DNA of 64,000 nucleotides from Candidatus Sulfotelmatobacter sp. (GTDB taxonomy: Bacteria; Acidobacteriota; Terriglobia; Terriglobales; Acidobacteriaceae). Below, piece after piece: positions 27,211-36,809 of the stretch; positions within the stretch are counted from its first letter, which is position 1; each line of letters begins with the position of its first letter. Made by a program: the position numbers and the translations under genes. Under the pieces are notes generated by a model. That model had not been told where the DNA came from. It searched no databases and was given only the letters and a program-made list of their open reading frames with translations. Location: NCBI GenBank assembly GCA_036376495.1, contig DASVAE010000021.1:3845-67844 (forward strand), given 5' to 3'.

Positions 27211-28523
27211 GCACTGCCGCTACAGGTCGCCCTGCAACAAGCCGCTGGGAACGTGCTGTTCCGGTCTATGGATTCCCAGTCATCAACGGTTTTTTGCTTG
27301 TTCTTTCCGCGCTAGTGCTGATCGCCATCATTCTGACCGCGTATCGCGAGTTGGCAGGCCTGGGCCCAGTAAGCGGGATGAATGATGCCTACGGCTGGGG
27401 AATCTGGAAGACCTTCAATGTGATGGTGCTGACCGCGTTGGGCTCGGGTGCGTTTGCGGTCGGTATTGCGGCATGGGTCTTCCGGCGCAAGCGCCTGCAC
27501 GCTCTCATGCGCATGGCCCTGCTGACCAGTTTCCTTGCCTATGCCTGCGGACTGCTGCTGCTCGGCATCGATGCCGGGCGGCCGTGGAACTTTTACTGGA
27601 TCGTTTTCCCCTGGCGCTGGAACATGCACTCACCGCTGGCGGAAGTGGCGATCTGCATGTCCATTTACGCCATGATTCCGCTCGCGGTGGAGAATATTCC
27701 TCCCGTACTGGAGCGGCTCTGGTATTTCGATTCGCGCCTGCGGCCGGGAGTGGAACGCATTGAAAAGCGCCTGCACTATTTCTTTCCCTGGATTATCGCC
27801 GCTGCGTATCTGCTGCCGGGAATGCACCAATCGTCGCTCGGCGCGTTGATGTTGCTGGCCGGCGAGCGCGTCCACCCGCTCTGGCAGAGTCCATGGCTTC
27901 CGGTGCTCTACCTCGGAGCCGCCACCTTCATGTCATTCGGCTGTGTGGCGGGCACAACTATGCTGTGCTGCCTCGTATGGAAGCGGGCCATGGACATGGA
28001 AGTGCTCAACGAAGCTGGGCGAATTACCGCGTGGCTGATTTTCGGATGGCTGGCGCTGCGCGGTCTCGATATCCTTTTCCGCGGAGCACTGCTAAGCGCA
28101 TTCCGCTTCGATCGCTTTGCCGGCGTCTTCTGGCTGGAAATGCTGCTGATCGCGTGCGGCGGATTCCTGTTGCGCCGCTCCGTCAAAACCCACGATCCCC
28201 AGCCCATGTTTATCGGCTACATCCTGAGTTCGGCAGGGGGGATGATCTATCGCTTCGCCCCGACTACGCTGGCGTTTCGGCCGAATCCCGAGGCGCTGTA
28301 TTTTCCGGCCACGATTGAAATCCTGGTCTCTCTCGGATTCATATCGCTCGGCGTCGTAGGTTTTCTGATCGCGGTCAAGCGGCTGGCCATACTTCCCGCT
28401 CCTCTCAGCGAATGGCATGACATGGCCAGCTACTTCCGGTTCCGCAGGCCTTATATCCGGTGGACGGGATATTTCAAGCACGGACATTTCGGCGAAGACG
28501 AGACCGAAACCGCAGGCGACTAG
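27207..28523 (+). CDS. hybB: Hydrogenase integral-membrane subunit (HybB/NrfD family quinone-interacting protein)
   Basis: ATGA overlap with hybA. The protein is polytopic with about 10 TM segments. Its position between hybA and the large subunit matches hybOABC. Confidence 0.8.
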   Translation: MSTAATGRPATSRWERAVPVYGFPVINGFLLVLSALVLIAIILTAYRELAGLGPVSGMNDAYGWGIWKTFNVMVLTALGSGAFAVGIAAWVFRRKRLHALMRMALLTSFLAYACGLLLLGIDAGRPWNFYWIVFPWRWNMHSPLAEVAICMSIYAMIPLAVENIPPVLERLWYFDSRLRPGVERIEKRLHYFFPWIIAAAYLLPGMHQSSLGALMLLAGERVHPLWQSPWLPVLYLGAATFMSFGCVAGTTMLCCLVWKRAMDMEVLNEAGRITAWLIFGWLALRGLDILFRGALLSAFRFDRFAGVFWLEMLLIACGGFLLRRSVKTHDPQPMFIGYILSSAGGMIYRFAPTTLAFRPNPEALYFPATIEILVSLGFISLGVVGFLIAVKRLAILPAPLSEWHDMASYFRFRRPYIRWTGYFKHGHFGEDETETAGD

Positions 28524-28532
28524 CAGGTTCTT

Positions 28533-30233
28533 ATGGCAAAACGAATCACCATTGATCCCATCACCCGAATCGAGGGCCACCTCCGCATCGACGTGGAGGT
28601 CGACAACAATGCGGTCAGCAACGCCTGGGCATCGTGCACGATGTGGCGGGGCATCGAGAAGATTCTTCGTGGCCGCGATCCCCGCGATGCGTGGCTGTTT
28701 ACGCAACGCTTCTGCGGAGTGTGCACTACCGTACACGCCATGGCCAGTGTCCGCTCGGTCGAAGATGCCCTCAGTCTGGAAATCCCCTTGAATGCCCAGT
28801 ACATCCGCAATCTGATTCTGATTGCCCATGCGCTGCACGATCACATCGTGCATTTTTATCAACTCTCCGCGCTCGACTGGGTGGATGTACTACAGATTCC
28901 GAAAGCGGATCCGGCGGCTACTTCGAAACTGGCGGAAAGCATTTCGCCCTGGACCAGAAATTCGCGCAACGAACTCAAGGCAGCCCAGGACCGGGTCAAC
29001 GCAGTAGCCAGTAGCGGTCAGCTAGGCATTTTCGCGAATGGCTACTGGGGTCATCCGGCGATGAAGCTGCCCCCCAATATCAACCTGCTGGCGTTCTCAC
29101 ATTACGTGCAGGCCCTGGAGTATCAGCGCAAGGCGCTGCAGGTCGTCGCTATTCTGGGATCGAAGACGCCGCATATTCAAAACCTCACGGTCGGTGGCGT
29201 GGCCAACGCTATTGACCTCGACAGCCAGTCCGCGCTGGGGATGGATAAGCTGGAGATGATCCGCACGCTCCTGGCCGAGGTCACCGAGTTTGTGCAGCAG
29301 GTGTATTTCGTGGATGTCTGCGCCGTCGCCGCCATGTATCCCGAATGGTTCAGCATCGGCAGCGGCGTTAAGAATTATCTTGCTGTTCCCGACCTGCCGC
29401 TCGACAGTCGCGGCACTGCCTACGATCTGCCCGGTGGATTCATTCACGCCGGCGACCTCGCTAGCGTGAAGAAATTCCAGACTGCGGCCGATCAGAGCTT
29501 CCGGCAATCTGTTACCGAAGATGTGATGCACGCTTATTACAAGGGCGATAAGCCACTGCATCCTTGGGCGGGAGAAACTGAGCCTGCATTCACCGGTTGG
29601 GATGGCGCGCAAAAATATTCCTGGGTCAAATCCCCCCGATACAACGGCGAACCCGCACAAGTCGGTCCGCTGGCACAGGTTCTGATCGGCTACGCACAGG
29701 GCCACGCGTTGACGCGCAAATATACCGACATGGCGATTGAGAAAGTCGCCGCCATCGGCGGCACGCGCGCCACCCCCGCCGCGCTCCATTCCACCCTAGG
29801 ACGTCACGCTGCGCGCGCCATTCGCGCCTGCATGCTAGCCGAACTGGCGCAAAAACATTTGCAGTTGCTGGTGGACAACATCGCCAAAGGCGATTACACG
29901 GTGCACAACCAACCCGTAGTGCCATCCCACGAAATGCAAGGGGTCGGCACTCACGAAGCTCCGCGCGGCACCCTGTCGCACTGGGTCGTCATTAAGGATG
30001 AAAAGATCAAGAATTATCAGGCGGTGGTTCCATCCACATGGAATGCCAGCCCGCGCGATCGTACCGGAGCACATGGTCCGTACGAGGCATCGCTCCTGCA
30101 CACGCCCCTGGCTCGTCCCGAAGAACCTCTGGAAGTCCTGCGCACCGTGCACTCGTTCGATCCCTGCATGGCCTGTGCATGTCATGCGTTCGATCCCTCA
30201 GGCCGGAAGATTGGAGTGGCAAAAATCTTATGA
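28533..30233 (+). CDS. hybC: [NiFe]-hydrogenase large subunit (Hyb-type)
   Basis: Motifs are RITIDPITRIEGHLRI, the L1 motif QRFCGVCTTVH, GQLGIFANGYWGHPAMKLPP, and the C-terminal L2 motif FDPCMACACH followed by a 15-aa cleavable tail. Confidence 0.95.
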   Translation: MAKRITIDPITRIEGHLRIDVEVDNNAVSNAWASCTMWRGIEKILRGRDPRDAWLFTQRFCGVCTTVHAMASVRSVEDALSLEIPLNAQYIRNLILIAHALHDHIVHFYQLSALDWVDVLQIPKADPAATSKLAESISPWTRNSRNELKAAQDRVNAVASSGQLGIFANGYWGHPAMKLPPNINLLAFSHYVQALEYQRKALQVVAILGSKTPHIQNLTVGGVANAIDLDSQSALGMDKLEMIRTLLAEVTEFVQQVYFVDVCAVAAMYPEWFSIGSGVKNYLAVPDLPLDSRGTAYDLPGGFIHAGDLASVKKFQTAADQSFRQSVTEDVMHAYYKGDKPLHPWAGETEPAFTGWDGAQKYSWVKSPRYNGEPAQVGPLAQVLIGYAQGHALTRKYTDMAIEKVAAIGGTRATPAALHSTLGRHAARAIRACMLAELAQKHLQLLVDNIAKGDYTVHNQPVVPSHEMQGVGTHEAPRGTLSHWVVIKDEKIKNYQAVVPSTWNASPRDRTGAHGPYEASLLHTPLARPEEPLEVLRTVHSFDPCMACACHAFDPSGRKIGVAKIL

Positions 30234-30781
30234 AATCAGTACTCATTGGCGGAATCGGTAATGTGCTGCTGGGCGATGATGGCATCGGCCCATACATTCT
30301 CCATCAACTCGAATCGCAATACGATTTCAGCGAGGAAGTTGCGCTCGCGGATCTGGGAACCCCGGCCCTCGATCTGACGCATCAGATTGTCGGCCTGCGT
30401 GCGCTGATCCTGATCGATTGCGTCCGCAGTCATGAGACTCCGGGCACGATCGTGACCTACCGCAAAGAGGACATCCTGAGCATCGTTCCCTCGCAGAGGC
30501 TCGATCCGCATTCGCCGGCATTATCGGAATGTCTGATGACCGCGGATCTGCTGGGCACGAGCCCGGAGTTCGTGGTTCTAGTTGGCGTCGTGGGTGAAGG
30601 CTATGAGCCCGGACAACCGCTCACTCCTGCCGCGGAGCGCGCAGTCGAGCCAGTCATCGAGCAAGTTCTTCAGGAATTGGACCGGCTTGGGTATTGGCAC
30701 CAGGAAAAACATGCGCGTCAAAACCCGGACATCTGGTGGGGAGAGGTGCTAGATCTCTCCCGCTTCGAATCCAGGGAATAA
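30230..30781 (+). CDS. hybD: Hydrogenase maturation endopeptidase (HybD/HyaD family)
   Basis: ATG 30230 overlaps the hybC stop (ATGA). The N-terminus is MKSVLIGGIGNVLLGDDGIGPY, followed by later D...H motifs (LILIDCV, LDPHS). The ORF-track start at 30038 would overlap hybC. Confidence 0.88.
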   Translation: MKSVLIGGIGNVLLGDDGIGPYILHQLESQYDFSEEVALADLGTPALDLTHQIVGLRALILIDCVRSHETPGTIVTYRKEDILSIVPSQRLDPHSPALSECLMTADLLGTSPEFVVLVGVVGEGYEPGQPLTPAAERAVEPVIEQVLQELDRLGYWHQEKHARQNPDIWWGEVLDLSRFESRE

Positions 30782-30851
30782 TCACTTGTTCCCGCAGACG
30801 TAGGGACAGCCCCTTCGGCTATCCCGCGAACCGAAGCGAGCAGCTCGGAGC

Positions 30852-30881
30852 TGACCTTCCCGCGCGCCGCAAGGCTATAAT
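30852..30881 (+). promoter_or_regulatory. Putative promoter with a perfect -10 hexamer upstream of the hydroxy-acid dehydrogenase gene
   Basis: TATAAT lies at 30876-30881. The -35 (TGACCT/CTGACC, 18-19 nt upstream) is weak. GAGGAGG is the RBS at 30904-30910. Confidence 0.25.
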
Positions 30882-30916
30882 GACGCCGCACGAACTTGCC
30901 AGCCGAGGAGGAATTC

Positions 30917-32119
30917 TTGTCCCGCGGAGTGAACTCATCCCAAATCGTGAGCGTGCCGGATCTGCGCCCTTTAGCTCGCCGCCGCTTGCCCAAAGTAGTT
31001 TTCGATTATCTGGATGGCGGCGCCGATGGCGAAGTCACGCTGCGCGAGAACTGCCGCGCCTTCGAGGACATTACCTTCCGTCCACGAGGTGCAGTATCGG
31101 TTCCGACGTGTGATCTCCGCACTCACGTTCTGAATTTTGATCTTGCCCTTCCGGTGTTGCTCGCGCCCGTCGGCTACAGCCGTTTGATGTATCCCGAAGG
31201 CGAGGTCGCGGCCGCACGATGCGCAGGACAAGCGGGCACCGCATACATCCTCTCCACCATCTCCGGACATCGCCTGGAAGATGTGAAGGCGGCATCCGCC
31301 GGGCCGGTATGGTTCCAGCTGTATCTCATGGGCGGGCGGCCTGCGGCCGAAGGATCGATTGCACGCGCGAAGCAAGCAGGGTTCTCCGCCTTGGTCGTCA
31401 CTATTGACACGGCGGTCGCGGGCATGCGCGAGCGCGATTCGCGCAACGGCATGAAGGAACTCATGGGCGGTGGAATTCTCAGCAAGATCCCCTTCCTGAC
31501 TCAGTTTCTCTCCCGTCCCGCATGGCTCGTTCGCTTTCTGCTGGACGGCGGCGTCCCCCATCTTCCCAACGTTGTTCTCCCCGGCCAAGGCCCTATGCCC
31601 ATGACGGATGTGGGCGCGGCGCTCGCCAGTTCAACGGTGACCTGGAACGATCTGCGCTGGATTCGTGAACTGTGGTCTGGCCCGCTCATCATTAAAGGAG
31701 TGATGACCGCCGAGGATGCGCGACGCGCCATCGACGAAGGCGCTTCGGCCGTCGTTGTCTCCAATCATGGCGGGCGTCAACTGGACTCTGTGCCTGCCTC
31801 CATCCAGGTTTTGCCCGAAGTGGTCGCGGCTGTGAATGGCCAGATTGAAGTATTGATGGACGGTGGCGTACGCCGCGGCAGTGATGTGATCAAGGCAATC
31901 TGCCTGGGAGCGCGCGCTGTTCTGGTCGGCAGAGCGTACGCGTACGGTTTAGCTGCGGGGGGTCCGGCAGGAATCACCCGCGCCATCGAAATGCTGCGAG
32001 CTGAGATGGAGCGCACACTCAAACTTCTGGGATGCTCTTCCGTCAGCGCGTTGGATCGCTCCTATGTGAACGTACACGCGAATCGGCTTACGCAAGAAAT
32101 TGAGAGCGTTCAGGCATGA
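30917..32119 (+). CDS. FMN-dependent alpha-hydroxy-acid dehydrogenase/oxidase (LldD/glycolate-oxidase family)
   Basis: TTG 30917 is preceded by GAGGAGG; the ORF track starts at 30896. Motifs are VFDYLDGGADGEVTLREN, WFQLY and VSNHGGRQLD. Confidence 0.8.
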   Translation: MSRGVNSSQIVSVPDLRPLARRRLPKVVFDYLDGGADGEVTLRENCRAFEDITFRPRGAVSVPTCDLRTHVLNFDLALPVLLAPVGYSRLMYPEGEVAAARCAGQAGTAYILSTISGHRLEDVKAASAGPVWFQLYLMGGRPAAEGSIARAKQAGFSALVVTIDTAVAGMRERDSRNGMKELMGGGILSKIPFLTQFLSRPAWLVRFLLDGGVPHLPNVVLPGQGPMPMTDVGAALASSTVTWNDLRWIRELWSGPLIIKGVMTAEDARRAIDEGASAVVVSNHGGRQLDSVPASIQVLPEVVAAVNGQIEVLMDGGVRRGSDVIKAICLGARAVLVGRAYAYGLAAGGPAGITRAIEMLRAEMERTLKLLGCSSVSALDRSYVNVHANRLTQEIESVQA

Positions 32120-32140
32120 CGCATTTTGCTTCCGGGCTCT

Positions 32141-33364
32141 CTACTTCAACATTCTTTCCGGATCATTCAGCGCCTGGGCGAGATCGCTGAGGAACATCGC
32201 AGCCCGCGCTCCGTCTGCCACGCGGTGATCACACGAAACCGTCAACGTTATCATCGGACGCACCTCGGCCCTCCCCTGCACGGCTATGGCCCGGTCGCGG
32301 ATCGCGCCCATCGCCAGAATTGCCGCTTGCGAGGGAACGATGATGGCCTGAAACTGGTCCACCTGGTACATCCCGAGGTTGCTGATCGTGAACGTGGCGC
32401 CGGATATATCCGCGGGGCGGAGTTTTCCAGCGCGGGCGCGGTCGGCAATCGCGCGACGCTGGCTGGCAATTTCGGCAAGCGTGGCCCGGTGTGCATTTGC
32501 AATCACCGGCGTCACCACGCCGTCACTGACTGCAATCGCCACCCCCATATTCACGTACTCATGCAGACGAACTCCCTCCGCACTCCAACTCGCATTCAGT
32601 CTCGGGTGCTTCAAAAGTGCCCGGGAAACTAAAGCCACGAGCAAATCGGTGTGCGTGACCCGGGCCGCATCGGTGCGTTCCATGTCCCTGAGTACCCGCT
32701 CGCGGTAGCTGTTCAACGCGCTCGCATCCACATCTCTGCTGACGAAGAAATGCGGGACCGCCGTCCAACTCTGGGTCGTACGCTCCGCCATGAGTCGGCC
32801 CACGGCAGTGGGCACTTCGATGTTGCCGGATGTTTGCATGGACGCGGAATCCGATGCCGCCGCATCCGACGCGCCTCTGGCTTGCGCCGCAGACTCCACG
32901 TCGCTGGCAAGGATCTCCCCGCCGGCACCTGTCCCATGCACCACCGAAACATCCACACCCAATTCTTTTGCCCGCCGTCGAGCTTTAGGGGACACCTTCG
33001 CGGCTGCCGCGGGCGCGACAGAGGCACCCGGTGCTGGCCTGCTGCTTTGACTCAGTCCGGACTGGGCGTGCGTTGCGCCGCGCGCCGAAGGCGTGGCCGT
33101 AATGACATCGGCCGGCGGATTCTCGCCAGCTTCAACGATCCACGCGATGGTCTGGCCCACCGGTATATCGGCGCCCTCCGACGCTTTGATTCCTGCCAGA
33201 AATCCGTCGGCCGGAGCTTCGACTTCGACCACAGCTTTGTCGGTTTCTATATCCAGAAGAGGCTCGCCCTTCGAGACGCGGTCGCCTTCCTTCTTCCGCC
33301 AAGCCAGGAGCTTGCCGGTTTCCTGCGCCATCTCGAGAGCGGGCATAACAACGCTGAAGGCCAT
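32141..33364 (-). CDS. 2-oxoacid dehydrogenase E2 (dihydrolipoamide acyltransferase)
   Basis: The lipoyl domain has LLDIETDKAVVEVEAP. An Ala/Pro linker is followed by a PSBD-like segment (SPKARRRAKELGVD). The catalytic motif is SCDHRVADGA. Confidence 0.9.
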   Translation of the reverse strand: MAFSVVMPALEMAQETGKLLAWRKKEGDRVSKGEPLLDIETDKAVVEVEAPADGFLAGIKASEGADIPVGQTIAWIVEAGENPPADVITATPSARGATHAQSGLSQSSRPAPGASVAPAAAAKVSPKARRRAKELGVDVSVVHGTGAGGEILASDVESAAQARGASDAAASDSASMQTSGNIEVPTAVGRLMAERTTQSWTAVPHFFVSRDVDASALNSYRERVLRDMERTDAARVTHTDLLVALVSRALLKHPRLNASWSAEGVRLHEYVNMGVAIAVSDGVVTPVIANAHRATLAEIASQRRAIADRARAGKLRPADISGATFTISNLGMYQVDQFQAIIVPSQAAILAMGAIRDRAIAVQGRAEVRPMITLTVSCDHRVADGARAAMFLSDLAQALNDPERMLK

Positions 33365-33393
33365 AGTTTTTTAGGGAGGGCCGGCTATGGCCT

Positions 33394-34740
33394 TCAGTCT
33401 GAAACTCCAACGAGTTCGCCTTTAGCGCTGGCTTCGATCATCTCCAGCACATGCCGGCTCGCTGGCGCTTCACTCTCTCTTGTGGTCGGAAGAGGGCCAT
33501 TCACGGTAAAGTAATGCGCTCCCGCCACCAGAAGCTCTTCCGCCGGAAACCGAGTAATGACTTCGTGTCCAGTCGCAGTCACCACGATCTCTTCTTCAAT
33601 TCGCGCCGCACTCCAGCCATCCGTAGAGGGCCAGAAAGTTTCCAGCGCAAACACCATGCCGGGCTTGATCTCCACCGGATGATCGAACGAAACCAGGCGG
33701 CTGATCACCGGCTTCTCCCAGATCGCCAGACCGATGCCGTGTCCGTACTGCAACGCGAACGCAGCCTCTTCGTTGGGGAATCCAAAATCTTGTGCTTTGG
33801 GCCACACTGCCGCGATCTCTGCGGTGGTGCGACCCGGGCGAACCAGTTCAATGGCAGCATCAAGATATTCGCGGCAGCGCTTGTAAGCGTCGACCATCGC
33901 ATGCGAGGCATAACCAACCGTGAAGCACCGGTAATAGCAGGTGCGATATCCCATGTAGGAGTGCAGAATGTCGTAATACACAGGATCACCGGGACGCAGC
34001 ACGCGATCGGAGAACACATGGGGATGCGGGTTGCAGCGCTCGCCTGATATCGCATTCACCGCCTCGACGTATTCCGAACCAAGATCGTAAAGAACCTTGC
34101 TCACCAAACCTACCGCCTCGTTCTCTCGAAGGCCGGGCTTCATCGCGCGATAGAGTTCGTCGTAAGCGGCGTCCACCATCATCGCGGAAGTATTCAGCAG
34201 AGAAATCTCATCTTGCGTCTTAATTACGCGCGCCTCGGACATGAGTTGCTGTCCGTCGACCACCTGGATTCCTTCTTTCTGCAGCGCAAACAGCACCGGC
34301 AATTCGATGATGTCGATTCCCACCGGCTCTTTGTGCAGTCCACGTTGTTCCAGTTCGATGCGAATCTTTTTCGCGACATCCTCGGCGCGGCCCATCTCCG
34401 GCGTCATCGCTCCGCGCAGCATGGAAATTCCAGGACGCGAGCGCTCCCCCAGCCAGGGGCAATTCAACTGATGATGCCTGGCCGCCGATCCGAAGTCCCA
34501 GAGAACGGGCTCATCGTTCTGCGGCAGCAGCGTGAAGCGGTTCGCCTTGTCTTGCGCCCATGTGCCAATGTGCGTGGAAGTGAGATAGCGCACATTGTTC
34601 ATGTCGAAGCAGAGTAACGATCCCATGGAGGATTTCGCCAGCAGGTCTTTGGCCTTCTGCAGGCGCTCGCGACGAAGCCGGTCGAAATCGATTCGGCTCT
34701 CCCAATCCACCGCCATGGTCCCGTGAGTTTTGAGTGCCAT
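33394..34740 (-). CDS. M24-family 'pita-bread' enzyme (creatinase/prolidase-like), atypical metal-ligand set
   Basis: There is a creatinase-N-like N-terminal half. The C-terminal half has YYDILHSYMGYRTCYYRCF, YGHGIGLAIWEKP, GMVFALETFW and ARIEEEIVVT. Confidence 0.75.
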   Translation of the reverse strand: MALKTHGTMAVDWESRIDFDRLRRERLQKAKDLLAKSSMGSLLCFDMNNVRYLTSTHIGTWAQDKANRFTLLPQNDEPVLWDFGSAARHHQLNCPWLGERSRPGISMLRGAMTPEMGRAEDVAKKIRIELEQRGLHKEPVGIDIIELPVLFALQKEGIQVVDGQQLMSEARVIKTQDEISLLNTSAMMVDAAYDELYRAMKPGLRENEAVGLVSKVLYDLGSEYVEAVNAISGERCNPHPHVFSDRVLRPGDPVYYDILHSYMGYRTCYYRCFTVGYASHAMVDAYKRCREYLDAAIELVRPGRTTAEIAAVWPKAQDFGFPNEEAAFALQYGHGIGLAIWEKPVISRLVSFDHPVEIKPGMVFALETFWPSTDGWSAARIEEEIVVTATGHEVITRFPAEELLVAGAHYFTVNGPLPTTRESEAPASRHVLEMIEASAKGELVGVSD

Positions 34741-34825
34741 AAAATTCTCCTCGTAGAGGCGGCGCTTAGTACGTCTCTCCTGCAGAACTCGTGACGGCGC
34801 GAAAGAGACGTGGCTTGCTACGCCT

Positions 34826-35812
34826 CTACGATTTCCCGCATAAGTGCCTCGCGGCTTCGCATACTGCTTGCTCCGTCGGCACGGTCAGGTCTTCCAGGGG
34901 CGGCGAAAACGGAATGGGCACGTGCATTGCTCCCATACGCTTCACCGGTGCATCCAGATCGTAGAAAGCGCCTTCCGCAATCACTGCGGCCAGTTCCGCC
35001 GCTACTCCATAACGCCCGTAACCTTCATCCATAACGATCACGCGCGAAGTCTTCTTCACCGATTCGATGATCGTCTCCTCATCAAGCGGCCACGTCGTGC
35101 GGGGATCTACCACTTCGGCGCTGATTCCTTCCTTCTCCAACAGCAGCGCGGCGCCGAGCGCAACTTGCACCATGCTACTGGTCGCCACGAAGCTGATGTC
35201 GTCGCCTTCGCGCTTGACGTCGGCAACGCCGAATGGAATCGTGTAATCGTCTTCGGGAACCGGCCCCTTCAGCTTGTACATCATCTTGTCTTCGAAGAAG
35301 ACCACCGGATTCTCATCGCGAATCGCACTCTTCAGCAGACCCTTGGCGTCATACGGAGTCGAGGGCAGCACAATCTTTAACCCGGGCACGTGGCTGAACC
35401 ATGCTTGCAGCGATTGCGAATGTTGCGCCGCGGACCTTCGAGTTGCGCCCAAGGTCGTGCGCAGAACCATGGGAACTTTCCAGTGTCCGCCCGACATGTA
35501 GTGCGCTTTGGCTGCCTGGTTGACCATCTGGTCCATGGTTAGGGTGAGAAAGTCGCCAAACATGATATCGATGACGGGTCGCAGGCCTGTCATGGCCGCA
35601 CCTACTCCGATCCCCGTGAAACCTGCTTCGGAGATGGGCGTATCGAGCACCCGCTCGCGGCCAAACTCCTCCACCAGGCCGGATAGGACCTTGAAGGGCG
35701 TGCCCGCTTCCGCAACATCTTCGCCAAAGATGCACACCCGCTCGTCCCGCCGCATTTCTTCCGCTAGTGCCTCGCGCACTGCCTGAGCGAAGGTGAGCTC
35801 GCGTTCAGGCAT
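34826..35812 (-). CDS. 2-oxoacid dehydrogenase E1 component, beta subunit (AcoB/PdhB-like)
   Basis: Met at 35812 (MPERELTFAQAVREALAEEM) is preferred; the ORF track starts at 35839. Motifs include FGEDVAEAGTPFKV, DTPISEAGFTGIGVGAA and the transketolase C-terminal part. Confidence 0.88.
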   Translation of the reverse strand: MPERELTFAQAVREALAEEMRRDERVCIFGEDVAEAGTPFKVLSGLVEEFGRERVLDTPISEAGFTGIGVGAAMTGLRPVIDIMFGDFLTLTMDQMVNQAAKAHYMSGGHWKVPMVLRTTLGATRRSAAQHSQSLQAWFSHVPGLKIVLPSTPYDAKGLLKSAIRDENPVVFFEDKMMYKLKGPVPEDDYTIPFGVADVKREGDDISFVATSSMVQVALGAALLLEKEGISAEVVDPRTTWPLDEETIIESVKKTSRVIVMDEGYGRYGVAAELAAVIAEGAFYDLDAPVKRMGAMHVPIPFSPPLEDLTVPTEQAVCEAARHLCGKS

Positions 35813-36809
35813 ACACGTCCTCGGAAACTTGAGCCGCACGGGGATAGCGCGCTTCCACCGCGAACTTTACCGCCGCCTCCATCTCTTTGCGCGCCTCGCC
35901 TGCAATGCCCTCAAGCACTCCGGGATCGGCGTAATGCTGTTCCAGAAGCCACGTGCCATGAAGTTGGATGGGATCGCGCTCGCTCTTCCAGTGCTGCTCC
36001 TCTTGCTTCGAACGATAGTACTCACGATTGATGTCACCCACGTGATGGCCGCTGTAACGATACGTATCCGCCTGCAGGAACGCAGGACCTTCACCTGCAC
36101 GGGCGCGGTTCACCAGCCGCGTCGCGGTTTCGTGCACCGCCCGAACATCCTGCCCATCGACCGTTTCGGCTTCAATTCCGAAAGCCGCCGCGCGGCCGAG
36201 AATCGTTCCTGCTGTTGTCTCGGAGTAGTGCGTGTACTCGTTGTAGAGATTGTTTTCGCAAACATACACTACCGGTAGTTTCCACAATTGCGCGAGATTC
36301 ATCACTTCGTACAACGATCCCTGACCTAGCGCGCCTTCTCCGAAAAAGCAAACCGCCACACGTCCATTTCCCAGTTTTTTCGCTGTCAGCGCCGCTCCAG
36401 TAGCGATACCCACACTGCCGCCGACAATGGCATTCGCCCCCAGATTGCCGGTTGCTGGATCGGCAATGTGCATGGACCCGCCCTTGCCGCGGCAGTATCC
36501 AGCTTCCTTGCCCAGCAGTTCGGCGAACATACGATCCGGGGAAGCGCCTTTCGCCAGACAGTGTCCATGACCGCGATGCGTGCTGGTGATGTAATCGTCG
36601 AGATTCAGCGCTTCGCAAATTCCCACCGCAACCGCTTCTTCCCCGCTGTACAAGTGAGCCAGTCCCGGCATCAGGGCGCGGGTGTAAAGCTCATTTACCT
36701 GTTCTTCAAACACGCGAATGCGCACCATCTGGCGGTAAGCGCGCAGCCACTTTTCTTTCTCTGCCGCGATGTGCCGACTCGCTTCCGTTTTGGAAGTAGC
36801 CGTCGTCAC
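35805..36809 (-). CDS. 2-oxoacid dehydrogenase E1 component, alpha subunit (TPP-dependent, AcoA/PdhA-like)
   Basis: Motifs are YRQMVRIRVFEEQV, HLYSGEEAVAVG, STHRGHGHCLAKG and the TPP motif GDGA-like FFGEGALGQG...NN. Confidence 0.88.
   Translation of the reverse strand: MTTATSKTEASRHIAAEKEKWLRAYRQMVRIRVFEEQVNELYTRALMPGLAHLYSGEEAVAVGICEALNLDDYITSTHRGHGHCLAKGASPDRMFAELLGKEAGYCRGKGGSMHIADPATGNLGANAIVGGSVGIATGAALTAKKLGNGRVAVCFFGEGALGQGSLYEVMNLAQLWKLPVVYVCENNLYNEYTHYSETTAGTILGRAAAFGIEAETVDGQDVRAVHETATRLVNRARAGEGPAFLQADTYRYSGHHVGDINREYYRSKQEEQHWKSERDPIQLHGTWLLEQHYADPGVLEGIAGEARKEMEAAVKFAVEARYPRAAQVSEDVYA

Noticed and set aside
28533-30233. Possibility of a [NiFeSe] hydrogenase, given selB in the window
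   Set aside because: The C-terminal motif reads DPCMACACH with Cys codons, and there is no in-frame TGA in the large-subunit gene.
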